Assembly (NCBI GenBank): GCA_965644265.1
Contig: OZ286466.1
Location: 24,118,001 to 24,182,000 of the forward strand
Direction: 5' to 3'
DNA length: 64,000 nucleotides
Origin: Glycera tridactyla
Lineage: Eukaryota
Numbering within the stretch: the stretch's first letter is position 1; every line of letters starts with the position of its first letter. The translations under genes were made by a program, and so were the position numbers. Shown here in pieces: positions 32,788 to 44,800 of this stretch. The notes under the pieces are model-generated. The model was given only the letters and a program-made list of their open reading frames with translations, had not been told where the DNA came from and ran no database searches.

Positions 32788-32953
32788 GCCTTTGAAATGG
32801 CACATTGAGTGTCTGTGAATTTCATATCATTTCACCTTCCGTTGGGGACCCAGAAGGTGAAGTCTTGGAAGATCCCATCCATGCCCATTGCATGGGCGTC
32901 ACAATATAGCCCAGATGGTGCTGACGTGACGTAAAACAACAACCAACCATCCA
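32788..32953 (+). mobile_element. Family A copy inserted antiparallel into an older family A copy (32740-33020)
   Basis: 12-bp TSD TCCGAGGCTCCT at 32776-32787 and 32954-32965. Confidence 0.8.
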
Positions 32954-33207
32954 TCCGAGGCTCCTTCTGGGTCCCCAACGAAAGGTGGATATCCGTCAAA
33001 TTCACAGACACTCAAGGTATCATTTCACCATCACAACATCCCATCACCATAACCAGCATCATCACATCACATCACACATCACACCACAGCACCACCACCA
33101 CCACCACCACCACCACCACCACCACATTAGTACTGAGGTGATGTTAGCGGATCTGAATAGTGTTTCAGTGCAAGACTGACTATTCCTGAGGGACGCGTTT
33201 GGACACC

Positions 33208-33435
33208 ATGGAAGACGTCCTAAAGAAAGAGCTGAATACAAGTGTGCTGACTAAGGTCGGAACTGGCGGAGGAGGACAGATCTGTACTGGCCAAGGCTAC
33301 ACAATAGATGGTGACCAGAAGATATTCGTCAAGTATAACTCGAGGAACGATGCGAAGAGGATGTTTGAGGGCGAAGCAGCAAGCCTGGAAGCTATCCTTG
33401 CTACTGACACTGTTACAGCTCCAACACCAATCAAG
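33208..33435 (+). CDS. FN3K: Fructosamine/ketosamine-3-kinase exon 1
   Basis: ACCATGG start; MEDVLKKEL...IFVKYN...MFEGEAASLEAIL..TVTAPTPIK aligns by eye to the FN3K/FN3KRP N-terminus; donor AAG|GT, phase 0. Confidence 0.9.
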
Positions 33436-33735
33436 GTAGTAGCAGATGCATTTACTTGGGATACAGTCTAACCGGTCCCAAGCAACCACCGTACTATGCG
33501 ACCACTTTTGAATTTCACTTCGGAGGATTTTCACTATAATTCACCTGCCCTAGGCAGCCACTTCTTGAACATCGGAGTGTCGGTGTGTATTGAGCAGACA
33601 GTTTAACGCACAGTGGAACCTGTTCTGAGCAGCCACCCTTTAGGAGGGCAATCAGTGGTTGCTCAGGACAGGTGAGTATAGTGGAAAAACCACTGGTGGA
33701 AAATTAGTCCCTCATAATGATGGTCTTTTGCTGGA

Positions 33736-33949
33736 ACCCAGTGCATGCCGACTGGGATATCAAAGGCCGGCCATGTATTTAGGAGCCTTTTCCTTTACGC
33801 ACATTTAGATCCACTGCTGTCTTCCGCAAAGAGTAGGGACGGCCCCCGGGAGGCAGTGACTCTTTTCTTCAGCATTTTCAATTTTTCAGTCCGATATAAC
33901 CCAAGCAGGTTTAAGTGACATTAAACTCAAACAAACAAACAAACAAAAC
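33736..33949 (+). mobile_element. Family B short retroposon with TSD
   Basis: 12-bp TSD TCTTTTGCTGGA (33724-33735 and 33950-33961). Confidence 0.88.
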
Positions 33950-34195
33950 TCTTTTGCTGGAGGCAAAGTCGACTGGGAATTTCTGGGAAAAGGCTTTCCG
34001 AATGATTCTCAATAAAGCAGTTTCTTCTTGCTGAAGTCTTTTTATTACCAGCCCCTCTGCATTTCTGATACTTTTGAGACAACCCCTCCAGTCTTTCTGA
34101 CAGTCTGGTGGGCTATTGAGCTTGATAAATCATGGGCTGTAACTATTCGTCAGTGTTTAAAGTGAACGTAATTATTGAGCCAGAAAACTATCGCA

Positions 34196-34540
34196 AACTA
34201 GAGTAAAGTTTTACACTGTAGAAAATATGACACAACTTTTCATGAAAGTTGATCCAACAGACATATTTGGTTATTTGCATGAACTGGGAATATTTAGACA
34301 AATATGAATCGTGTGCATGCTAACTCAGTGCATGCCGACTGGGATATCAAAGGCCGGCCGTGTATTTAGGAGCCTTTTCCTTCACGCACATTAAAGATCC
34401 ACTGCTGTCTTTCGCAAAGAGTAGGGATGGCCCCCGGCATGCAGTGACTCTTTTCTTCAGCATTTTCAGTTTTTTCAGTCCAATATAACCCAAGCGGGTT
34501 TAAGTGACGTTAAACTAAAACAAACAAACAAACAAAACAA
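34196..34540 (+). mobile_element. 5'-truncated I/Nimb LINE end (last ORF2 codons plus family-B 3'UTR)
   Basis: FYTVENMTQLFMKVDPTDIFGYLHELGIFRQI*, homologous to 5850-5943. Confidence 0.85.
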
Positions 34541-34893
34541 ATCCAACGAGCCGTGAGCCGTGAGCCACCTACAATCTTGAGCTCTAATGAAAGTTATTAT
34601 GATCCAACCATTGGGTTCTTGGGATTGCTGATTTTCTGACAGTCTAGGGGGCCAATGAGCTTGAGCTTGAGCATGGGCTGTAACTATTCATCAGTAGGTA
34701 ATGCGGACGATAATTCTGCGCCAGTGACCTACTGTAGGAGATATCGAAGGGCCAAAAACGCAAAAAGAAATGGGGTCAAGAGCCCTCACCCACCAATGAT
34801 TGGCTCTGTGGTGTTCGTGAAAATGTAGACATGGTTAATCAGTTACCACAGACCATGTTTTTCAAAGAATACTTGAGTGTACCTTAGTTGTAG

Positions 34894-34997
34894 GTTGTTG
34901 ATAATCCGAATGGTGGTGCTGCTCTAGTGACAGATTACTTGGAGATGAGCTCGAGTCTACAAATACATGCGGCACAATTGGGAGAGCAACTTGCAAG
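34894..34997 (+). CDS. FN3K: FN3K exon 2
   Basis: tag|VVDNPNGGAALVTDYLEM...AAQLGEQLA R|gtgag; phase 0 to 2. Confidence 0.92.
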
Positions 34998-36060
34998 GTG
35001 AGCATTTTGTCACAGTCTTCGAATTTTTTACATTCTCCCCAATATCAAGGAGAGTGAATTTGGTTTCGGAAGAGTGAAAGTTTTCAAGTTGGCCAGAAAG
35101 TTATGAAATGATTGTGAAGACAAACCATCACAGTTTTGAATCCACCAACAAAAATTCCCTATTCCCCTACGAGATGACTTCGCATATGTTTTATTCTGAA
35201 CAACGAATGTCAGCAAAAAAATTGTTGATGGTACTTGGGAGGTCACTCACATAACAGATAAGTAGGAGTTCATGTCTTGATAAGGATTTCACTCACACAA
35301 ATATCTTGCTCTCAAGAAAGCCTAGTTGAAGTTGTATCATTGTTTGTAATTTTTGAACATATTCATGGGAGTGAACTTTTTTCCGGGAGTGTGCTTCTTG
35401 CAGCCTGGTCTCCAGTGGAGCAGTGGCTGTTGAGGTGAAGACTGTTGTGATGATGGATCGTTTGAGAATTGGTTGATGGATATGATACGTTGCAGGTCAT
35501 CGAACATGATCACCAATATGATTGAGCAAGTCAGCGTATTTTATAGCCTGTACCTATCATTCTTGGCCAAACTTTCATATATAATGCGCTGTGGGAATCT
35601 ATGGTACCCGCTTGTTCTTGTTGGTTGGCAGGAGGTAGGGAAATTGACTTGACTCGAATCTTTTGCATGGGGTCGTGAAAACGTTCTCATGCAGGAAAAA
35701 AAACACTTCAATTCCTGTTGTCATGGAATAGATATTCAGGTGTCTGTAAAGAAGCCCGTGCTTATGTAACCACAGAAATGTCCTATTTGAACATGGATTT
35801 CCGATTTGAATCCTTTACCATGACAAATTCGATGAGTTCCCAGCTATATCTTTGGATTGGACTGTTGAGGAGATATCTCATCTCATCAACTTCTGAGGTC
35901 AACTATTCTGTTAAAGGATAAAATGATACCCAAATCTTATCATCACATGGGTTTTGTAGCAGTTAAAACTATTCTTACGGGATATAATGAAGAGGAGAAA
36001 TGTCAGGTCACCAAGTGATATGACGATGAGATCACTTTATGTCGTCGTTTTTGTTGTTGC

Positions 36061-36094
<34 letters not shown>

Positions 36095-36379
36095 ATTGCA
36101 GATTAGGTAGAATCCAACACAGCTTGTAGAAATATTCATGTCATTTATTGGTCCAATTGTAGAGTGGGACCAGGCAGAATGTGTCAGTGCACAATAAAGC
36201 CACTCAAAGGCGGGGAATATGTAGATTTAGTTAAAGAGAACATGCTGATAGAAATTTCAAAATCGATCCCTCCGATTAGAATAAACAGCAGCTTGAAGAT
36301 GAAATCGAGCATAGATTCGAAACCTTAAAAGACAATTGCAGCGACATTTCATTGAAAATTAATTTCTTAAGTATAATAA

Positions 36380-37400
36380 AAACCCAAAGATCTTATGGGG
36401 ACAATGAATAGTTTCTGGAGAGAAAAGAGAGGGGCTGATATTATGGAAATTGTGGATTCAACCGAAAGGAAAGCAATAGCAAATAAACTAAATGATTTCT
36501 TCAGTCAAGTCGGTGTCAATCTCATTCGTAATATTGTTGACGACGGTATCGTTCCCCTGGAAAATTTCCCTTTTGATATCACCAAAAGATTAAAATTGAA
36601 AGAGGGCAGCATTGAAGAGATTAAAAAGATAATTGGTGAAGTTTCACCTAATAATCTGGTAGAAAGGATGGTCTTCCGGCTAAGATTATCAGAATACTTC
36701 GTCATTTGTTCAACATCAGTATCTCGACTGAGGTATATCCTACTGAAGGGAAAACAGCGACGATAGTACCACTGTTCAGGGAAGGAAAGCGATAGGTAGA
36801 ATCTGACTACAGATCTATTATTCTGTTGATTCAAGTAAGAAAAGCCTTGAAAAGAGTATCTGTCACCGGGTATCTGAATAATTTGAGACCCATGATCCAC
36901 TCTCGAGAACGCAGTCGGGATTCAAGTAGGGCTGCTCCCCTGGCACATCTTTATTGGAATATATGGAAAAACTGTATTTAAACATTAAAAATCGTTGTGC
37001 AAGTGGAGTGCCCCTCCTGGATCTAAAAGAAGCATTCGAAGCGGTAGATGATAGGATTCTGGTGAAGAAGCTCGCTAGATATGTTGTGATTTCACCTAGT
37101 ATATCTTGGTTCACCGACTATCTTTATAATCGAGTGTGCCGAGTTGAAGTTAACAGAGTAATGTCTAGTGAGAAATGTGTTAACTGTGTGGTACCAAAGG
37201 GAGCTATATTGGTTCCCCTATCATTTACAATATACGTAAATGTTGTCACGTATCATATGAGGGGATCCAGTTTAAATCTCTACACAGGCAACGCCACAAT
37301 ACTGGTCTCAAACAAATATCCTACAAACCTGCGTCGTTGCAAAAAGTACAAAATGAGGCCTTTCGAGCGGTCACTAAATTTGACGTTCTTTCACACATGA
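36380..37400 (+). mobile_element. Decayed CR1/L2-type RT fragment in FN3K intron 2
   Basis: IANKLNDFF, QSGF, LDLKEAFEAVD, VPKGAILVPLSFTIYVN, with stops and frameshifts. Confidence 0.8.
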
Positions 37401-39714
37401 ACAATCGAAAATGACGTTCTATGACTCGCGTTGACGTGCTCACACTTTGACACACGTGAGCAAGATTATGTTTGGTGAAATCCACTCACGATATACCCAT
37501 TTGTGTACATATATCTCTATAGCACTTGACAATGGGACCAAATCCTCTAGCAAACCATATTTGGAGGTAGAGTGTTCAAAACTGAAACAAGCAGAAGGTG
37601 ATTTCAGATTCAAGGGCCCATAGGTGTGGAACTAGTGTGTCGAGAAAATAGACAATTTTGGCTGTTGTGAAACCAAGCTTTTCAAGAGGATATCTGAAAT
37701 TTTCTACATATTCTCTAATTGTAAGTTCTGTCTGTTGTATTAGGTCAACAATGCGAAATATCTGCGAATATGTATTTGTGAATATATCTATATCAGCAGC
37801 TAGAATTGACAAGCAAAGGTATAGAATCTTTATGCCTAGTAGATGCTTTATTCTAATATCAACCGATTGGTTACAAGCAGGAAATATATCATGCAGTGAT
37901 TTTTCTGTGACCATAGGAATTCCCCTAAACCTGCAAGATTCACTGCTCATGCAATCATGTCATACACTAACATAGATCATTCACTCACTCCAGTGCATCA
38001 GTCATTTTTCATCATAGACCAGAGTATGACGTATTTTTGTATTAGTTTATTTCTTCATCTACCTGGAAATGCTCCTTACAGGAGTAATTGCGACTATTTT
38101 TTACCTGTAAAGCAACAAACAGGCATTTGGCATTCTCTTGGGCACTAGGGTCTTGACGATCAACCCTGCCAACTCCTGATTGAGCCCCCAACTACTCCCA
38201 TTATAGTTCCCATGAGGAGAAACCCATTCTCATTACACCTCCCTACGACCAATGCCCTTATTTACTAGTTATCTGGAGTTGGTTAAAAGCTCCCTTCCTC
38301 ACCTTGCCTATGGTGCCTTCCTGGGCAATCCCCATTTTTAGCCCATGAGGGAGTTCCTGAAGAGGGCTTTCCAAAAGCGAAGCCTCACCAACAGCTCCCC
38401 CAACACATGACTTAAAAAGAACCCCCGTTTTGGTGATCCCCAAACTGAGCCCCCAAGTCGTTAGCCATGTTATGTCATGCTCAAGTCGTAACCATGGGGG
38501 AGAGTGTTGCATATATTGTGGAACAGCACATGCTGTTCAACCATCACCATCATCATCACTTCATCGGTGGGTGTTGTCAAGATCACAGCTCCAGAAATCT
38601 GCTCATCACTCAGCCTCTGTGGATCACTGCCTCGCCGATCTCCACTCCATGCTGTTGACTCTGCTCGGTGTACATCCAGTATGGAGCTGCTTGGGAATAG
38701 CGATCTCCGGGTTCAATTCTGGTGTGAGTCGAGTACCATGTAAATAGGGATCACCAACGGCCAGCCAGGAGTGGAGGATAGGGGCAGCTGTTCACCAGGC
38801 AGAGTACAGAGGGCTCGCCATTGGTACTAGCCACCGGACTCCCTCCCAGTGGCCTGTGGTGTACGGGACACCATCATCGTCGACAGTCCAAATTCTCCCT
38901 CGACTTTGGCAGCTTCGGGTGTTCGGGCCTCTTCCTGCATGAGGATACATCATTTTCACCGCAAGGGGATCCCATGGACCTGACCTCTAGAGCAGGCAAA
39001 GTTAGGCACTTTAACAAAAAAAAAGCAGTGGTGACTAGTGCAGCTCGGAGGCAACCTTAGACACACATACGTGCATTGTTCAAACCTGGCTAGATCATGC
39101 AACCTTCCCTCATCCGGCTTCACCTTCAGTGGGTCCTGTGGAGAGACGTCTCTCATTATGCCCTGTGGTGTGTAACACCAGAGGGGCATTGTTTTTGAAT
39201 TCAATTGACTGTGGTGAGGGTGGGTGGCTGAGTGGGTGAACGATGGTATCAGGAGGATAACTCAAAACCTTTCAGGGCTAGCCTTCTCATACTAGGAGTA
39301 CAGACTCTCTTCGGGTAGGGCAAGACACCTTTTTATTGTGGGGTGGCCATCTTGAATTTCAAGGCCACTGAGTGCAAAAAGGTCAAAACGGTTTCCAGAC
39401 AATCACTTCAAAAGTTTCAGGGCTACCCTTCTCAAGCTTGGTGTACAGACTCTCCCAGGCTATGGGAAGACATCTAAAGATGTTGGGGTTGTCATTGAGG
39501 TCATTGAGTGTGAAAATGAATTAGTTTTGTTAATACATATCACTTCTCTCATTTACTCTTCCTGTGACAATCATTTACTCTTTCTGTGACAAGCATGCAT
39601 TCAGCGGGGCATTTGCACTCACTGAGTTCATCTACTAGTATATTCATATACCCAATATATATATACATATATTTGGTCATCATAATATAAAAGTCTCCAA
39701 GTCTTAATCTTAGA

Positions 39715-39962
39715 TTGTTACAGTTAGATATGCCATCATCAGGTTCAATATGTCCTTTTTGTAGAGTTGGTAAAGATGTGTCTGATTCATCAGCTATTTC
39801 CACTTGACAACCTTTCAGGTTCCCCATCATCTTGTGTTCAGGGTTTGTGAGAGTGATGTCTGCAGGGGAGAGACTATCTAGCTTTCATTAACCATGAACA
39901 CATGGCATACATAATCCTGTGGGTTGATACATGCCGTTAAGCCTCAAACAGACAAACAAACT
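39715..39962 (+). mobile_element. Short retroposon family C
   Basis: Homology to the other family C copies. Confidence 0.8.
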
Positions 39963-40177
39963 TAGATTGACATCAATCTTCTATTGTCATGAAACATTGC
40001 TGATCCCAGTATATTCACTGGACAAAAGTACAGGCCATTGATTTTCTCATGAGTTTGTGCAAACAGGGCACATTTCTGCGTGAGCTATGCTCCATTTGGT
40101 CTGGTGATGTGTCTTGGACGCTGCCTAGGAATAACTCTGCATTGATTGATCCTGTATCCTATGTATGCCGTATCCAG

Positions 40178-40346
40178 GATGCACTTGCATAACTCCGAGG
40201 TATGTGCTCAAGATGAGAAGCGGCAGAGTTTCATACACAATGGAGGCAATGAGAAGGAATTGAAGGGCATCACCGAATTTGGATTTCATCTCACTACATA
40301 TTGTGGATTCTTCCCCCAGGACAATTCATGGACAGATGACTGGGTG
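40178..40346 (+). CDS. FN3K: FN3K exon 3
   Basis: cag|(R)MHLHN...FGFHLTTYCGFFPQDNSWTDDWV|gtaaat; matches [22 protein letters not shown]; phase 2 to 0. Confidence 0.93.
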
Positions 40347-40419
40347 GTAAATACTGTATTTTCCTTTTCAATACATACATTTCCTAATTGTTTCCCCTTT
40401 CATATTTCTTTATTATTCG

Positions 40420-41392
40420 TATAACCCAAAACCGCTGTATGAGTACCATAATGCAATCAGGTTGGCACTACTCTGCTACTCTTCTCAGGCAAGAACTCAA
40501 AATGGAGAAATTAGAAACTACTAGAGCATTTTCCACTGCCGTTGAAGTCTACAAAGCTCTTCATGGCCTCTCTCCCCCTGATGTCAAGAATATTTTTACC
40601 ATCAAAAACCCTCCATCACATATTCAGTCCAGATCATCTCAGCATAACAGTATGCTACTTACATACCCTTGTAACCGACTAGTTTTTCCTGATCGCAACA
40701 TCAGATACAGGGGTACCTCCCCAACAAAACAAAACAAAACAAACAAAACTCTTTGGAACTCCCTACCTGTTGATATTCGAAATTCTCACTCTATTTCATC
40801 ATTCAAAAAAGCTTCATTCCATTATCTTAGTGAATTCCATTATAATTTGACATGATGTCAGACCGCCATCTGACAGCTTCCCTGGGTTTTTCCAGCACAT
40901 TTTTATCCAATATACACACAGTTGTAATCTCCTTTTGAGTTTTGCTTATACACAACTACCAACTACCCACTTCTAACCTCAGCCGTCACTCTACTTACCT
41001 GATTATTCCTGCAATTTGCTATTTGTATTTTCTTGATGAATATGACACACTATCCTTACCCCCCCCCCCCTTCCTCTAAATTTATTTCTTCCCTCTCACT
41101 CACACTCAATCTTTTCCTTTCTCTTAAACCCATCCTTCCCTTATCTCTCTCCTCCCTTCTTTTCCTCTGTCTATCCTCCCAAATGGTTTACTTCCTCATA
41201 CACCTTATCTTTTTCATCATCTTCATTCATCTCCTTTCTCTTAACTGTTTGCATTTACTGTTCTTGCCATTGTATTGTTCCTAGTTACATATATCACTTG
41301 TGCTGTTTTCACCCTGTATCATTAGCATGTAATATGATCCTTGTGGTCACATGTCTTTTGATGAATGAATATTATCTTATCTTATCTTATCT
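40420..41392 (+). mobile_element. L2/Crack-like LINE 3' end in FN3K intron 3
   Basis: VYKALHGLSP..IRYRG..LWNSLP..IRNS.SISSFKK followed by a UTR ending (TATCT)n. Confidence 0.75.
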
Positions 41393-41766
41393 TAATGTAA
41401 AATTGGGAATTTTGGCGGGAAAGAGGCACTGGGTGAAGGGGATGTTGCATCCCCAATTCAAAACAGAATAAAGGAGTATAATTGAGCCTGTCTAAAATGC
41501 CAATCTTGGTGAAATAAAAAAAATTGTCTTGTAGAGAGGTGGCCTCTATACAGAGGTTTCTATCAGAGAATATAATCAGTCACCACTCAGAGGGCCTTCA
41601 CATATTGGTGATCTCAGGCAGAATTTCATTCTACATGAGAGTGAACAAAGACTTCAACGAATGAGTGAATAAAAGATGTGCGATACAGCTCAGGTTTCTT
41701 TCAAATGTATCTGATCATTAAGAATGTAAGCAAATTCAGAGTTTTTGCATTTTGTTTGCATTGCAG

Positions 41767-41817
41767 ACATTTTTCACCAGGAAGCTTGGACACAGTCTTG
41801 ACCTGGTAGAAACAGAG
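41767..41817 (+). CDS. FN3K: FN3K exon 4 (51 nt)
   Basis: ttgcattgcag|TFFTRKLGHSLDLVETE|gtgagt; fills the gap between exons 3 and 5 (cf. TFFARHRLQAQLDLIEKD); phase 0 to 0. Confidence 0.9.
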
Positions 41818-44800
41818 GTGAGTATAAATAGATGTAATTTGTAGTTTAGTCTTGACCTGGTAGTAAAAAAGGTGATTATATATAGATGTAATTTGTAGTT
41901 TAGTCTTGAACTGGTAGAAAAAGAGGTGATTATATATAGGTGTAATTTGTAGTTTAGTCTTGACCTGGTAGAAAAAGAGGTGAGTATGTATAGATGTAAT
42001 TTGTAGTTTCATGACCTGGTAGAATAAGAGGTGAGTTTATATAGATGTTATTTGTAGTGTAGTCTTGACCTGGTAGAAAAAGAGGTGAGTATATATAGAT
42101 GTTATTTGTAGTTTAGTCTTGACCTGGAAGAAAAAGAGGTGAGTATACATAGGTGTAATTTGTAGTTTAGTCTTGACCAGATAGAAAAAGAGGTGAGTAT
42201 ATATAGATGTAATTTGTAGTCCCGTGTTGACCTGGTAGAATAAGAGGTGAGTATATATAGATGTAATTTGTAGTTTAGTCCTGACCTGTTAGAAAAAAAG
42301 GTGAGTATATATAGATGTAATTTGTAGTTTCATGACCTGGTAGAAAAAGAGGTGAGTATATATAGATGTAATTTGTAGTTTAGTCTTGACCTGGAAGAAA
42401 AAAAGGTGGGTATATATAGATGTAATTTGTAGTCCCGTGTTGACCTGGTAGAATAAGAGGTGAGTATATATAGATGTAATTTGTAGTTTAGTCTTGACCT
42501 GGAAGAAAAAGAGGTGAGTTTATATAGATGTAATTTGTAGTCCCGTGTTGACCTGGTAGAATAAGAGGTGAGTATATATAGATGTAATTTGTAGTTTAGT
42601 CCTGACCTGTTAGAAAAAAAGGTGAGTATATATAGATGTAATTTGTAGTTTCATGACCTGGTAGAAAAAGAAGTGAGTATATATAGATGTAATTTGTAGT
42701 TTAGTCTTGACCTGGAAGAAAAAAAGGTGGGTATATATAGATGTAATTTGTAGTCCCGTGTTGACCTGGTAGAATAAGAGGTGAGTATATATAGGTGTAA
42801 TTTGTAGTTCAGTCTTGACCTGGTAGAAAAAGAGGTGAGTATATATAGATGTAATTTGTAGTTTCATGACCTGGTAGAATAAGAGGTGAGTTTATATAGA
42901 TGTTATTCGTAGTGTAGTCTTGACCTGGTAGAAAAAGAGGTGAGTATATATAGATGTTATTTGTAGTTTAGTCTTGACCTGGTAGAAAAAGAGGTGAGTA
43001 TATATAGGTGTAATTTGTAGTTTAGTCTTGCCCTGGTAGAAAAAGGAAGTGAGTATATTTTTAAATGTAATTTGAAGTTTAGTCTGGACCTGGTAGAATA
43101 AGAGGTGAGTATATATAGATGTTATTTGTAGTTTAGTCTTGCCCTGGTAGAAAAAGGAACTGAGTACATTTTTACATGTAATTTGAAGTTTAGTCTGGAC
43201 CTGGTAGAAAAAGAGGTGAGTGTATATAGATGTGATTTGTAGTTATGTCTGGACCTAGTAGAAAAAGAGGTGTATATATATATGGATGTGATTTGTAGTT
43301 TAGTCTGGACCTAGTAGAAAAAGAGGTGTATATATATAGATGTAATTTGTAGTTTAGTCTTGACCTGGTAGAAAAAGAGGTGAGTATATATAGGTGTGAT
43401 TTGTAGTTTAGTCTTGACCTGGAAGAAAAAGAGGTGAGTATATATAGGTGTAATTTGTAGTTTAGCCTTGACCTGGTAGAAAAAGAGGTGAGTATATAAA
43501 GATGTTATTTCCAGTTTAGTCTTGACCTGGAAGAAAAAGAGGTGAGTATATATAGGTGTAATTTGTAGTTCAGTCTTGACCTGGTAGAAAAAGAGGTGAG
43601 TATATATAGGTGTAATTTGTAGTTTAGTCATGACCTGGTAGAAAAAGAGGTGAGTATATATAGGTGTAATTTGTAGTTTAGTCTTGACCTGGTAGAAAAA
43701 GAGGTGAGTATATATAGATGTAATTTGTAGTCCCGTGTTGACCTGGTAGAAAAAGAGGTGAGTATATATAGATGTAATTTGTAGTTTCATGACCTGGTAG
43801 AAAAAGAGGTGTGATTATATAGATGCAATTTGTAGTTTCATGACCTGGTAGAATAAGAGGTGAGTATATATAGGTGTAATTTGTAGTTTAGTCATGACCT
43901 GGTAGAAAAAGAGGTGAGTATATATAGATGTAATTTGTAGTTTCATGACCTGGTAGAAAAAGAGGTGTGATTATATAGATGCAATTTGTAGTTTCATGAC
44001 CTGGTAGAATAAGAGGTGAGTATATATAGGTGTAATTTGTAGTTTAGTCTCGACCTGGAAGAAAAAGAGGTGAGTATATATAGGTGTAATTTGTAGTTTA
44101 GTCTTGACCTGGTAGAAAAAGAGGTGAGTATATATAGATGTAATTTGTAGTTTAGTCTTGACCTGGTAGAAAAAGAGGTGAGTATATATAGATGTAATTT
44201 GTAGTTTCATGACCTGGTAGAAAAAGAGGTGAGTATATATAGATGTAATTTGTAGTTTAGTCTTGACCTGGTAGAAAAAGAGGTGAGTATATATAGATGT
44301 TATTTGTAGTGTAGTCTTGACCAGGTAGAAAAAGAGGTGAGTATATATAGATGTTATTTGTAGTTTAGTCTTGACCTGGTAGAAAAAGAGGTGAGTATAT
44401 ATAGGTGCAATTTGTAGTTCAGTCTTGACCAGGTAGAAAAAGAGGTGAGTATATATAGATGTAATTTGTAGTCCCGTGTTGACCTGGTAGAATAAGAGGT
44501 GAGTATATATAGATGTAATTTGTAGTTTAGTCCTGACCTGTTAGAAAAAAAGGTGAGTATATATAGATGTAATTTGTAGTTTCATGACCTGGTAGAAAAA
44601 GAGGTGAGTATATATAGATGTAATTTGTAGTCCCGTGTTGACCTGGTAGAATAAGAGGTGAGTATATATAGATGTAATTTGTAGTTTAGTCCTGACCTGT
44701 TAGAAAAAAAGGTGAGTATATATAGATGTAATTTGTAGTTTCATGACCTGGTAGAAAAAGAGGTGAGTATATATAGATGTAATTTGTAGTTTAGTCTTGA

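Noticed and set aside
34090-34700. CTGA(C/T/A)GA...GAAA patterns on the minus strand (34150, 34690, antisense family B); also 2758
   Set aside because: Extra nucleotides lie between helix II and GAAA, or the closing pair is missing, and no helix I forms; consistent with chance.
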